A stretch of 64,000 bases of DNA, taken from a virus. The stretch spans positions 7,383 through 71,382 of the IMG/VR virus record IMGVR_UViG_3300036828_000565; one strand, 5' to 3'. Below are positions 1 to 10,369 of this stretch, one piece after another; the stretch's first letter is position 1, and each line of letters opens with the position of its first letter. The position numbers were made by a program, and so were the translations under genes. The notes below the pieces were generated by a model, which saw only the letters and a list, made by a program, of their open reading frames with translations, ran no database searches and had not been told where the DNA came from.

Positions 1-268
1 AAATATGACGGTATGTTTGATTTCTAATCAAACAGCAACTGGTTCAATGACTATAGCTTTTCAGACGGGAACATATGGATCAGCATTAACCAATACTCCA
101 TTACAAGTTGTACTTGCGGCAAGTGCGGCATTAGGATGCTATTCAGATACAACAGACTCATTTACTTATACTGCGGGTCAAGGCATTGACATCCAATTGG
201 TAAACGCTGGAACAGCTACTAGTGGATTTGTGGGAACTATATATGCGGAATTTACTAACATACATTAA
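1..268 (+). CDS. C-terminal part of a Thr/Gly/Ala-rich beta-strand protein, probably truncated by the window edge
   Basis: ORF 5..268 begins at the window edge; composition resembles neighbouring adhesin-like proteins; overlaps the next start. Confidence 0.5.
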   Translation, partial: NMTVCLISNQTATGSMTIAFQTGTYGSALTNTPLQVVLAASAALGCYSDTTDSFTYTAGQGIDIQLVNAGTATSGFVGTIYAEFTNIH

Positions 269-2861
269 AGTTGGTTTAGTGGCCGCGGTATTAAGTGTAG
301 TGGCACACGCTACGGCTTATACTATAACAGCTCCGCATTACACGATGCATGTGGGAGATTTGGTCCCGCCGTGCATTATTCAGATTTCAAATGGCACAAG
401 TATCGTTTCTGAGTCTAATACATTGTTCTCTGGTGCAGCTAGCTGTTCTATTGGAGCAACTTCAGTATCTCCGGTTGGTAACTATACGATTACAGTATCA
501 CAAGGAACCTTAGCTTCTTTGACGGGTGGAGATACTATCTCTACAGTGAACAGTCAACTAACTGTCATTGCACCAGATGGGGAAGGCGCTTCTTTGACTG
601 TTGCGGGTACGTTACCTCCTGGATTCTTTGGAGGTATCAGGTTTCCTGCTATCAACATGACAAGTAATGGAATAGCTAATGTAGTAGCAGGAGGTACGGA
701 TAATGCGGCAGCGTTTTTAGAGTTAACTGCATTTGGAAGAGGCACTCAACTTGCTACAGTTAGCGTAGCGACTAGTGCAGGTACCTCAACTATTACTCAA
801 ACCTCAGGTACACAGTTTACTGGACTGGCTGCTGGGACACCTATCAAGGTAGATGGATTGATCAATAGCATAGCCTCAGTAACTGACGCTACGCACTTAG
901 TAACGACTAGCACGGTTGAGGGTGGAGTGACTCTGACTGGTGTTCAACTAGAGTTTCCACCTTGGGTAGTGAATGTATCGGGAACAGCTGTTACTGCGGT
1001 GTCGGGACCAACGTTTACTGGGCTTACTGGACAGATGTTAATTGACGGTACAGTCTATACTATCTCTTCAGTGACGGATGCTACTGATATAGTGCTGACT
1101 ACTTCAGCTCCTACTCTTACCAACAAGAACATGTATAAAGGACCGGCCTCTTGTTGTAGTGCTGGTAGTGGTGGGTCAACTCCACAGAATTTCTATCTAC
1201 CAGCCGGGGTGTATTCAACTAGTCAACCCTTGCAATTGTACTTAAATTATTGGCAGATCATTGGTGATGGTCCACAGTCTTCAGTTATCAAGCTCCTGCC
1301 TAATTCGCCTATGTTTAATACTGGGACAGCCACTCAATGGATTAGTCCTCAATCAGTAGGCGGTAACCAGAATTTTCATCAATTTGTTTACAACCTAGGT
1401 TTTGAGATTGGTGCAGGCAATCCCAATGCTATTCCTTTAACAACAGAGATGAATAATGTCGCGGCGATGCGAAATGTGCAGATATGGGCTGACGATTCAG
1501 TTTGTCCATACGCGATAAGTGAGCGACGGGGGTTCCCTGGGCCGATGTTGTTGAAGAATATTGCTATATATGGATGCAACAACGCTATCTCTAGTAACCA
1601 GAATGAGTACACGACGGTGATTGAAGGTCTTACTTTAGAAGGTCAGACTGGCGTAGTAATGGATCCTACCTCACATAACTATGCTTTACGTCATGTGCTG
1701 TCAGATAATCCTGCTATCTTTTTCAATGGCGCTACTGGATCTTATGGAGTAGTTTCCTTATTGGATTCAGAACTATTGAATGGTAATAGTTCTACTAATG
1801 CTATTGGCATATTATCTGGTGGTAGTGGATATTTCAAGAATGTTCATGTTACTGGCTATCAACATTCGATAGTGGACTCTAGTACTGGTACGACTGTAAC
1901 CGTAGATGGAAACGTTACGCAATCATGGAGTGGGCCGGGAGCATCATTGTTTGGCGGTACTCCAGACTCATTGCACTTGCCGGAGAATGAGACACCAATA
2001 CCTACAGATCCTTCACCAAGCACCTGGACGGCCCTCGATTCTACTGTAGCTAACTGGCCGACTGAGATTTCCAGTTCTGCTTCAACTACAGTCTATGCTC
2101 CACCTGGTGGTTACAACACCGCTAATGGTAGTACAGTTACAATCAACGTTCCAGATACCGTAAATCACATCATCTTCTATCAATCTAAGAGAACTGATAA
2201 TAACGCCTACACTATTCAGTTAAATGTTGCAGGAACATCAGCTACTCCAATTGTTATAGATGGTTGTATCTATAATCAATGTAATGTGGTACATACCGGA
2301 TCAAGAACATTAGTACTTTTAGATAGTGTGCTCAATCAATATTCTTCAGCGCCAGGTGCTGGTAATCTATATGGTGAAGATACTATCTTGACAGGTACAG
2401 CAGCTACTGTGCCATTAGTATTCTACTCTTCTCAACATATATGGTTTAGACACATGAATCTGGAGCACCATACTTTTGTTAAACTGGATTGTGAAGGATG
2501 TACGATCTGGGTATTAGGATATAAGACGGAAGAACCATTTCCTAACATTGTGTTAAATGTGGCCGCTAAAGGTGAGTTCTTTACAACGTTTATGTATTCA
2601 AATGTGCTTCCATCGCAACCGAGTCAGATACTGTTAAATAATTCTAGTGTGTTTTTATCGAGTGTACTTGATAAAGTAGATACAGCAGGACGAGGTAATA
2701 CTGATTGGGTAACAGATACACAAAATAGTATAGTACAAAATTTACCTACCGGAAATATAAACAATACCATTAATTTGCCTATGTATTATTCATATGGAGC
2801 CAATGTAGTTCCAACTCCTACGGGTAATAATCCAAGGGGTAGAGTATTGTCATTTTACTAA
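243..2861 (+). CDS. Secreted beta-helix glycoside hydrolase/pectate-lyase-like (GH55-like) protein with N-terminal MBG-like domain; tailspike/depolymerase-like
   Basis: ATG 243 gives Sec signal MRNLLTYIKVGLVAAVLSVVAHA; MBG-like SPVGNYTITVSQGTL; beta-helix cap FYLPAGVY...IIGDGPQSSVIKL; second repeat VYAPPGGY. Confidence 0.7.
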   Translation: MRNLLTYIKVGLVAAVLSVVAHATAYTITAPHYTMHVGDLVPPCIIQISNGTSIVSESNTLFSGAASCSIGATSVSPVGNYTITVSQGTLASLTGGDTISTVNSQLTVIAPDGEGASLTVAGTLPPGFFGGIRFPAINMTSNGIANVVAGGTDNAAAFLELTAFGRGTQLATVSVATSAGTSTITQTSGTQFTGLAAGTPIKVDGLINSIASVTDATHLVTTSTVEGGVTLTGVQLEFPPWVVNVSGTAVTAVSGPTFTGLTGQMLIDGTVYTISSVTDATDIVLTTSAPTLTNKNMYKGPASCCSAGSGGSTPQNFYLPAGVYSTSQPLQLYLNYWQIIGDGPQSSVIKLLPNSPMFNTGTATQWISPQSVGGNQNFHQFVYNLGFEIGAGNPNAIPLTTEMNNVAAMRNVQIWADDSVCPYAISERRGFPGPMLLKNIAIYGCNNAISSNQNEYTTVIEGLTLEGQTGVVMDPTSHNYALRHVLSDNPAIFFNGATGSYGVVSLLDSELLNGNSSTNAIGILSGGSGYFKNVHVTGYQHSIVDSSTGTTVTVDGNVTQSWSGPGASLFGGTPDSLHLPENETPIPTDPSPSTWTALDSTVANWPTEISSSASTTVYAPPGGYNTANGSTVTINVPDTVNHIIFYQSKRTDNNAYTIQLNVAGTSATPIVIDGCIYNQCNVVHTGSRTLVLLDSVLNQYSSAPGAGNLYGEDTILTGTAATVPLVFYSSQHIWFRHMNLEHHTFVKLDCEGCTIWVLGYKTEEPFPNIVLNVAAKGEFFTTFMYSNVLPSQPSQILLNNSSVFLSSVLDKVDTAGRGNTDWVTDTQNSIVQNLPTGNINNTINLPMYYSYGANVVPTPTGNNPRGRVLSFY

Positions 2862-2878
2862 CCGAAAAGGAAAAATTA

Positions 2879-5809
2879 ATGAAAAAGATGCTAAAATTGC
2901 TCATTTTTTCCTTGGGTATGACTTCGGTTGGTCTTTATGCTCAGACTAAGAATCCTCAGTGGCCTGTTTACGTGAATCCGGGATCTATGGGTCAGATTCC
3001 GCAATATTATCCCTCTCAAGCGGGCATTCCAATGTTAGGTCCATCAAATTTGACGGACAATGGGAACTTTTTGCTATATAAAGGTCAACCAATTAATGGT
3101 GGGAGTAATGGAGGTGGAGGAACACCAGCTCTTCCTTTAGGAATTCCACAGACTGATATTCTTCAGGTTCCGCCTATCCCAGCACGTACTGCAGGATGGC
3201 AAGATCTTTTGACTACAGCTGATGTACCTCATGGACATCCAAACTGGATGAGTTTCCAGCCCATTACGGTTACGCAGACACTTGTCAATACTACTTTCAA
3301 TGAAGGTGCAAATGGTTCGCCTGTTGCAGGTACGCAGCCAGCAACTAACTTGCCGGGTAATAGTTGGTACATCGCAAGTGGTTCTTCGTTTGTTACCGCT
3401 CCAATTTATGTCTCTGGTGGTGGCATGACCTGGGCCGGCACCAATGGTTTACTTGAGTTTGATATAGGTAGTTACGGTGGAATAGTCAACTTTACCGGTG
3501 TACATGCAGGTCCGGGTCTCACCTTAATGGCGCTCGATGACGCTAATCAGCAGGATAAGCTCATTATCGTTATTGACACCAACATGACCATCAATAAGGT
3601 TGTGGGTGGCATCGTCAATGTAGTTGCAACTTATCCCGTTACTATGACGGCGAGCGACAATTATCGGTTTGTGGTAAGTGGCCAGTCGTTTACTTCAACC
3701 ATGAATGGCACCACGCTTGGTACTTATACTTTGCCTGCAGGGACACCGCTCACGACAAATACTCGCTGGGGTATGTTCTCCTCCGGTGGTGGTACTGCGA
3801 CTATGCAGGGTTTTAGTTTTCAAGGAACTGCAACTATAACACAACCTATTCCTGCAGTCGGTACCGCCTGTATCTTGCAAGCAAACGGTAATTGTGGACC
3901 AGTTGTCGCTAACCAAGGTATCGCGCCGCGTTCTGACTCGACTATTGGACCGGTTCCTGAGATTGGCTACTCGACCAACAATGATGGTACTTCTTCAATC
4001 GCGTGGCAGGAAAATGTGGCGAATGGGCAATATGACGTCCGTCGACCGCGTTCAGGTGTCACTTGGGCGACTAACCCGATTACCGCTTGGTCGAATACAA
4101 TGAATCAAGCAGCCTGTGATTCGATTCAAACTCATCTTTTACCGCTGGTCTTTCTGCCTGCTGGTACTGCCAATGTTACTGGTCTGCAGTTACCGCCAGG
4201 TATCAGTGTTTTCGGTCAACAAGGCGCGGCAACTGGCACTACTACTTTGCGGCAATCAAATGGTACACAAACATTGCTTGGAGTGGTCGGGAGTTACACT
4301 ACCTCCTGTAATGGTGTCACGACTACCTTTACTGGTGGTAACTCGACAGTAAAATATATCAATTTCCAAGGTGGTGGTACGGCTTCACCTAATGACATCG
4401 GTATGGATATGGAGACTATTTCTGGTGGCGCAGCGTGGGACTCGTTCAATGGTTTTGGTGGACCGGGTGCGAAGATTCTTGGTGTCAACAACTATGGATA
4501 CGACCTTTATGCGAGCTCGAACTTGGGCTGGTATATGTTCTCTGGTGCCTACAATCCTTCAAGCTTTGCTGATACCACCTATCATGCGTCGCTTGAGCTT
4601 GCTTCACAGGATGGGCAGTTTCACGACATCATTGAGTATGGTTGGAATCCCGACCAGTATGTCGCTGGTCAGGGTCTCTATAATCGTTGGTATCTTTGTG
4701 GTGTGTTGCTTGGAGGCTCTCCGAGCTTCCCCTTTACCAATAGTTTTATTCAGGTCAATCCGAATGACTTGTGTCTTGGAGGAACAGGAGTTGGTGGTTA
4801 TGAGGTTACTAACAATCGTCTTGATCTGCCGTGGTTTAATAGCGTGCGTTTAGTAGCGGGGCCAGCGCCACAAAGCGCAACTGTCATGAACAACACGCTT
4901 GAAGGTTCTTGCACCTCGCAAACTTTGAATCCAACCAATTTTCCAACAAATCCAGGTGGTGTCTCAACTGATCCTACTTGTGCCGCGATCCGTGTTGAAC
5001 AGACCTATCTCACCTCGAATATTGGCCCAAATCAATATACCTCATCACCTGGCTTAGTACCAGAGTGGCCTGTATATGATGTATTTTTTGAGACCAACAT
5101 TTCTGGTCAACAGCCTGGCACGGTTAACGAACCTGGCCACTCGATAGGTGGTGGAGTAGGTGGTGATCCACCGGATGGAAACCAGAATGCGGCGGTTGGA
5201 AGGAGTGTGTGGGAAGAAACTAAAGTCGCTTTCGGTAATACTGCGCCTACGATTCCCATGAATCAGTACCGGCAAGTGCACTTGAAATCCTCAACTGCGA
5301 CTACCTGGAGCCACGCGTCGGTTAGTTATCCAGACACTATTCGTTATCTTGATATTGGACCAAACGACACCGTTCTTAACACCGATAACATTATCACTTG
5401 CTATGGTACCATCCATGGCGACGCCTTTCGTATCCTCCACGCCTTTTGGTTTGATGGCACCTATCTACGGGAGTTTCCTTGTCCAGCTCAAACTCCAGCA
5501 CTAGTTGCGAGTTCTGAGATAGTGACTTTCTCCTCTACTCCGACTTTCTCAGTTGCTACTCGGGCATCAATTATTACACTTACTGCTGGTGTCTCAAGCT
5601 TTACTTTAGCAGCTGGGGCAAATGGTCAAGAAAAGACACTTACTTTTTGTCAAAATGGGACTGGTGGATTTACTGTTGTTCCGCCAGCAAATGTTCGTGG
5701 CTTCTTTACCGTGGGTACTACTGCGAATAAGTGCAGTTCTCAACACTTCACTTATTTTGTTGGTCAAACGGCATGGCTAGCCGATTCAGCTGGAGTTATC
5801 AACGAATAA
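2879..5809 (+). CDS. Secreted multidomain beta-helix (pectin-lyase-fold) adhesin/tailspike-like protein
   Basis: Signal peptide MKKMLKLLIFSLGMTSVGLYA; VFLPAGTANV...ISVFGQ beta-helix start; C-terminal domain resembles part of the fibre at 27109; AAGGA RBS. Confidence 0.65.
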   Translation: MKKMLKLLIFSLGMTSVGLYAQTKNPQWPVYVNPGSMGQIPQYYPSQAGIPMLGPSNLTDNGNFLLYKGQPINGGSNGGGGTPALPLGIPQTDILQVPPIPARTAGWQDLLTTADVPHGHPNWMSFQPITVTQTLVNTTFNEGANGSPVAGTQPATNLPGNSWYIASGSSFVTAPIYVSGGGMTWAGTNGLLEFDIGSYGGIVNFTGVHAGPGLTLMALDDANQQDKLIIVIDTNMTINKVVGGIVNVVATYPVTMTASDNYRFVVSGQSFTSTMNGTTLGTYTLPAGTPLTTNTRWGMFSSGGGTATMQGFSFQGTATITQPIPAVGTACILQANGNCGPVVANQGIAPRSDSTIGPVPEIGYSTNNDGTSSIAWQENVANGQYDVRRPRSGVTWATNPITAWSNTMNQAACDSIQTHLLPLVFLPAGTANVTGLQLPPGISVFGQQGAATGTTTLRQSNGTQTLLGVVGSYTTSCNGVTTTFTGGNSTVKYINFQGGGTASPNDIGMDMETISGGAAWDSFNGFGGPGAKILGVNNYGYDLYASSNLGWYMFSGAYNPSSFADTTYHASLELASQDGQFHDIIEYGWNPDQYVAGQGLYNRWYLCGVLLGGSPSFPFTNSFIQVNPNDLCLGGTGVGGYEVTNNRLDLPWFNSVRLVAGPAPQSATVMNNTLEGSCTSQTLNPTNFPTNPGGVSTDPTCAAIRVEQTYLTSNIGPNQYTSSPGLVPEWPVYDVFFETNISGQQPGTVNEPGHSIGGGVGGDPPDGNQNAAVGRSVWEETKVAFGNTAPTIPMNQYRQVHLKSSTATTWSHASVSYPDTIRYLDIGPNDTVLNTDNIITCYGTIHGDAFRILHAFWFDGTYLREFPCPAQTPALVASSEIVTFSSTPTFSVATRASIITLTAGVSSFTLAAGANGQEKTLTFCQNGTGGFTVVPPANVRGFFTVGTTANKCSSQHFTYFVGQTAWLADSAGVINE

Positions 5810-5817
5810 GGAATATC

Positions 5818-7617
5818 ATGCCGAATAAGAAAAAGAATTCTTTAAGAAACAGCCTTCTTCCGGCAAATGACGATAGGAATTATATTCGTCAAGAAATCAT
5901 TGCTAAAGATTCATATAGTAATGTTCCAGCTAGAATTGGTGAGGGAACTCCCAATTTAACTCAATCTGGCCAGTATCCTTTATTAAGAATTACTGAAGAC
6001 TATCCTCTTATTCTTAGTCTCTATCGTTCTTCATGGGTCGTTCGTCGTGTTATCGATAGTGTAGCTAATGACATGTATAGTGCATTTCCTATTTTAGATT
6101 CACAGATTACTCCTCAACAAATTACATCTTTTCATAAAGTCATCAAAAAGACTGATACTGTTAAAAAATTGAAGAGTGCGGCAAAGTGGGGTCGTCTCTT
6201 TGGAGGAGCGGCGTGTATCATAGTTATTGATGGTCATGATGATTTAATGGAGCCTTTAGATGTTGATGAAGTTGAGATAGGTTCCTATAAAGGTCTCATT
6301 CCTTTAGATCGTTGGTCTGGAATTATTCCAGGTCCTGAAATTGATTCAGATGTCAATAACCCAAAGAATTTTGGTTTGCCAACTTACTATACTTGTATCA
6401 TGGATGCGGGAAGCGTAAATGTTCATCATTCAAGAATTATCAGGTTCACTGGTCGTGAGTTACCACAATGGGAAGTTCAGGTAGAACTATACTGGGGTAT
6501 GTCAGAGGTTGAGGTTATCTTTGATGAACTTAGAAAGAGGGACTATTCATCTTGGAACATTATCTCACTCTTGACAAGAGCTCAGATTCTCTCTATCGAG
6601 GAGCCACAATTAGCTACTTTGATGAGTGGTGCTGGTGGATCAAATACTGCTTACAATAACTTTACTCAAAGAATGGAGTCAATAAGCCAGCTTTTAAATA
6701 ATCAAGGACTTCTTGTACTTGGTAAGGATGGAAAACTTAACCAAGCTAGTTATAGTTTTGGTGGCATTTCTGATGTTTATCATGAGTTCATGAAGGATCT
6801 TTCAGCTGCTTGTGAGATTCCATATGAGATAGTTTTTGGCCGTGAATCTGGTATGGGTGGTGGTGGTAACTTCTCTAGTAATGGACAATCTTCTCTTCAA
6901 CTCTATGATAACATGGTTGAACAGAAACGTAATAGTGAAGGTAACCCAGTAATTGATAAGTTACTTCCTATTATTTGTATGAGTACTTGGGGACAGATTC
7001 CAGATGATATAGCTTATCACTGGGCTCCTATTAGATCTATTAGTGATAAGGAACGTACTGATCTTGGTAAATCATTAGTAGAGTCTATCCTAATGGCTTA
7101 TAATGCTGATCTCATTACAAAACAAGAGGCAAGAAAAGAGTTAGCTCAACAGAGTGGTACTAATGGTCTCTTTAGTAACATATCTGATGAATCAATTGCT
7201 GAGACTCCAGATAAGTTTGCTAGTGAGATACAGGCTGAGCAACAAGAGGACCAGATGCTTAAACAAGCAGCTATGCAAAAGGCAATGATGGGTGGTGCAG
7301 GTGGAGGTGGTGCTGGTGGTGCTGGTGGTGCTCCTCCATCTAATGGTGCCGGAGGTGGTAAAGCTGGTGCCGGCGCTTCACCTGCGATGGGAACTAGAAT
7401 GGGTGAACAAGTTCCTATTGAATCTAAACCAATTGGAGTTGAAGGTTTAAAGTGGCATAAGAGTAGAAGAATAACTACCGGAGGAAAAAGTAACACATCA
7501 GCTGAAGCTATGAAACAATCAATGAGACACTCTGTTAAGCATGAGATGAAGAAACCTGTTAAAGATAGTGATGGCGTTATAGATGGTTCTTTTATGATGT
7601 CTAAACCAATGAGATAA
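5818..7617 (+). CDS. Phage portal protein (DUF1073/HI1409 family) with Gly/Ala-rich C-terminal extension
   Basis: LYRSSWVVRRVID, WGRLFGGA, HHSRIIRFTG, WGMSE, IPYEIVFGRE motifs; ATG 5818 after AAGGA. Confidence 0.9.
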   Translation: MPNKKKNSLRNSLLPANDDRNYIRQEIIAKDSYSNVPARIGEGTPNLTQSGQYPLLRITEDYPLILSLYRSSWVVRRVIDSVANDMYSAFPILDSQITPQQITSFHKVIKKTDTVKKLKSAAKWGRLFGGAACIIVIDGHDDLMEPLDVDEVEIGSYKGLIPLDRWSGIIPGPEIDSDVNNPKNFGLPTYYTCIMDAGSVNVHHSRIIRFTGRELPQWEVQVELYWGMSEVEVIFDELRKRDYSSWNIISLLTRAQILSIEEPQLATLMSGAGGSNTAYNNFTQRMESISQLLNNQGLLVLGKDGKLNQASYSFGGISDVYHEFMKDLSAACEIPYEIVFGRESGMGGGGNFSSNGQSSLQLYDNMVEQKRNSEGNPVIDKLLPIICMSTWGQIPDDIAYHWAPIRSISDKERTDLGKSLVESILMAYNADLITKQEARKELAQQSGTNGLFSNISDESIAETPDKFASEIQAEQQEDQMLKQAAMQKAMMGGAGGGGAGGAGGAPPSNGAGGGKAGAGASPAMGTRMGEQVPIESKPIGVEGLKWHKSRRITTGGKSNTSAEAMKQSMRHSVKHEMKKPVKDSDGVIDGSFMMSKPMR

Positions 7618-7625
7618 AATAGTTA

Positions 7626-7655
7626 TTTACAACTATTGATAGTTTGATTTATAAT
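7626..7655 (+). promoter_or_regulatory. sigma70-type promoter TTTACA-N18-TATAAT upstream of the ART gene
   Basis: TTTACA 7626-7631, TATAAT 7650-7655; same architecture as four minus-strand promoters. Confidence 0.7.
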
Positions 7656-7682
7656 AAATTAATGGGTAAAAAGGAAAAACCT

Positions 7683-10343
7683 ATGAATGAGCTGGCTGAG
7701 CTATTGGAGAGCTTGGCCACTGATGCAGGTGGACCTGGCGAGTTTAAATATGATGGTGGTCCTAAGCCTTATATTTCGAAAGAAACTGGAGAAGTTACTC
7801 CAAAATCTAAAGAACGAGTTGAAGGATTACAGCAACAAGAACCTGTTAGGCTTCCTGAGATTTCTATTCCTTTATTATCTCCTGAGCAGCAACAAAAAGT
7901 AGATACTCTATCTGCTAAGTACTCAGTTGTTTTGAATGGTCTTCAGGTTCCTAGTAAACCTTCTTCATTAAAAGAGAGTTTTAATAAAGCACTAGATTTT
8001 ATGGGGCTTCTTCCTTCTAAAAAAGCTTCTGTTTCATCTCGTAGAAAGTTTCTTACTCAATCTATGGCTGTTGTAGCTTCTACGACTGCTGGAGGTGTCT
8101 TAGGTAAGGGTGGTTTAAAGGCTCTTTCTGAGATGAGTGGGTTGTCTGCCGAGACTCTAGCTGCACCTTCGGCTGCACTAGTTGAGAAATCTTTTTCAAC
8201 TATAGCTGTTAAATTAGTGAATAGTTATCTCGATAAGTTTAAAGAGTCGTTTGGTGAAGGCTCGATTGATGAATTGAGGGAAATTAGAGTTGATGAAGCT
8301 GCAGAATCTGTTAATGCTAAAGATTTAATGTATTCTGTAAAACAAGTAGCTGAAGACATGGAAGAGAGTTTAAGAATCTCAGTCACTGAAGATAGTGCTA
8401 TATATCCAACTTTCTTAAGAGAGTTTAAAGATAGTGCTGAATCTTTAAAAGACATTCTAAAATTGGCTGGAGTTGATGAACAAAGTATAAGTAGATTTGT
8501 AGCTAATCCACAGGAACTTTCAAATTTGGCGGCAAGATATAGAAGTTCATTTGTTTCTCCAGAGAATGCCCCTTCTTGGAAACCAAAAGGTTTTCAACCG
8601 CCCCCAGAACAAATGGACATTTTAACTGAATTAGAAGCTGAATTGCCTCCTCCTGAAGGATTTTTTGCTGAAGGCGAAGCTTGGGAGTCATCTGAGGAAT
8701 TTGAGGCTCATAAGGTTAGACAAGCTGAATTTCAAGAAGAATGGAATAAGAAGTATCCACCAAGTGAAGAAGCTGAAGCCGCTGAACCTGAAACTGCTGA
8801 GGCTAAAGTAGAAACTGCTGAACAAGCTGAAGCTGCAGAAACATCAGAGCTTAGTGAATTGACTGCTGAAGGTGGTTCAGAATCTTCTATTGCTTCAGCA
8901 ACTACCAGACTCGCGGCTACATTTAATAGAATAGATAAGTTTCTGGCTGAAGAAAATAAAGAAGTATCACATGGAAGTAGAAACCTAGGAATTGATTCAG
9001 ATATCGCTCTTGACTATACCTTCATTCCTGAAGAACATCCTCGTCAGAAGGATCCTGATTGGGGAGGTAAGACACAAGAACTTGGGAATCTTCCTGCTCC
9101 TAAAGGTTGGCAAGAGGGTGGAAAATCTGGTGGTTTAGCTGCGACAGTTTATAATGCTCGTACACAGGAAGAAGCTGAAAGATTAGGCCAGATGTATCCT
9201 GAGTTTGATAAACTTGTTCAACATTATGTTGAAGTTCAAGATCAACTTACTAAGAGTTATGTTGCTGAAGGTAAAGGAGTAGTAAATCCTGATTTTGGCT
9301 ATCCTGAGTCTACTAAATTTAAGGAAGAATTTGTTGATCCAATAGAAAAGAGAATCGCTGAAGAAGAAAAGAAAATTCACTCTGAACTACAACTTTTAGT
9401 TGGCAAATGGGGTTCTGAACAGAAAGTTAGATTCTACGCTACTCCTGAAGGTAAAGCTCAAAAAGAAGAAGAAGAGCGTCAGATTGAGTATTGGAATAAA
9501 GAGAATGAGATACGCTGGGCAAAAGAAAAAACTGAAAAAGCTGAAAGAAAAGCTAAACTCAGCAAGTTATCTAAGACCGGAAAAGCTAAATTCCAAGATA
9601 AAGAAGTTGATGATTATTATAAAGAATATGGACTTAATTCAAAACAAAATGAAGCTTTAAAAGAGGATGAAGGAAAGTTTAAACGTACTAGGATGTTGAG
9701 TGAGCATGAATTACAGACTATAGATGAGTATGGAGCTAGTGCTGACTTCATTCAAGGTTATTTGGCTTTTAAGAGTCTTTCAGGAAGAGGAAGACCTGGT
9801 GGACAAGCTGCTCAGTTTGGTGGAGATGAGAAGTATGCTCAGACAATAGTTAAAGAAATGAGTAAAGCTTGTAATTCATTTGAAGTAAATCATGACCTTG
9901 ATGTATATAGAGGAATTAGAACATTTAATGATGAGAATGGTAAATTGAATGCTCAATCAAAGGCTTATTATGATGCATTCTTAAATGCTGAACCTGGTGA
10001 CACTATTCATAATCCTGCTTTTTCTTCTACTACAACTGATATGGGTCGAGCTGTTGATTTTTCAGAAATGCATTTAGATATTCAACATGCAGAAAAAGAA
10101 ACTCAAGAAAATACTGAAGGAATGATTCTTCATATTGGATTGAAAAAAGGTCAAAAAGCTTTAGAGATGAATAGAGCTGGTCATTTTGGTATGCTAGACG
10201 GATTAGAAACTAGAGAAGTTGTTCTTGATAAAGACTCCAGATTTAAAGTTGAGTCTGTTGATAAAGAAAAAAGAATCGTAAAACTATCTTTACTCGATAA
10301 AGGTACTGCAACAGATTCTGTAATTTCTTTAGTTTTTAACTAA
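7683..10343 (+). CDS. Large acidic head-associated protein with C-terminal ADP-ribosyltransferase (VIP2/Alt-like, R-S-E) domain
   Basis: DVYRGI (R), AFSSTT (STS-like) and ETREVVL (E) in order near the C-terminus; lies between portal and protease; AAGGA RBS before ATG 7683. Confidence 0.75.
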   Translation: MNELAELLESLATDAGGPGEFKYDGGPKPYISKETGEVTPKSKERVEGLQQQEPVRLPEISIPLLSPEQQQKVDTLSAKYSVVLNGLQVPSKPSSLKESFNKALDFMGLLPSKKASVSSRRKFLTQSMAVVASTTAGGVLGKGGLKALSEMSGLSAETLAAPSAALVEKSFSTIAVKLVNSYLDKFKESFGEGSIDELREIRVDEAAESVNAKDLMYSVKQVAEDMEESLRISVTEDSAIYPTFLREFKDSAESLKDILKLAGVDEQSISRFVANPQELSNLAARYRSSFVSPENAPSWKPKGFQPPPEQMDILTELEAELPPPEGFFAEGEAWESSEEFEAHKVRQAEFQEEWNKKYPPSEEAEAAEPETAEAKVETAEQAEAAETSELSELTAEGGSESSIASATTRLAATFNRIDKFLAEENKEVSHGSRNLGIDSDIALDYTFIPEEHPRQKDPDWGGKTQELGNLPAPKGWQEGGKSGGLAATVYNARTQEEAERLGQMYPEFDKLVQHYVEVQDQLTKSYVAEGKGVVNPDFGYPESTKFKEEFVDPIEKRIAEEEKKIHSELQLLVGKWGSEQKVRFYATPEGKAQKEEEERQIEYWNKENEIRWAKEKTEKAERKAKLSKLSKTGKAKFQDKEVDDYYKEYGLNSKQNEALKEDEGKFKRTRMLSEHELQTIDEYGASADFIQGYLAFKSLSGRGRPGGQAAQFGGDEKYAQTIVKEMSKACNSFEVNHDLDVYRGIRTFNDENGKLNAQSKAYYDAFLNAEPGDTIHNPAFSSTTTDMGRAVDFSEMHLDIQHAEKETQENTEGMILHIGLKKGQKALEMNRAGHFGMLDGLETREVVLDKDSRFKVESVDKEKRIVKLSLLDKGTATDSVISLVFN

Positions 10344-10369
10344 ATAAAAATTATAAAATAGGAGGAAAG

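Noticed and set aside
222-242. ORF-track start at 222 (likewise 5731, 7644, 35001, 38131, 50413, 50805, 55492)
   Set aside because: Downstream ATGs have better RBS, signal peptides or stop/start coupling; starts were moved.
7146-7496. Pro-rich antisense ORF and other short shadow ORFs inside long genes
   Set aside because: They mirror low-complexity or codon-biased sense genes and have no independent signals.
8036-8110. Tat export of the ART protein via SRRKFL
   Set aside because: The motif is about 120 residues from the start, so it is not a standard N-terminal Tat signal; noted only as a feature.
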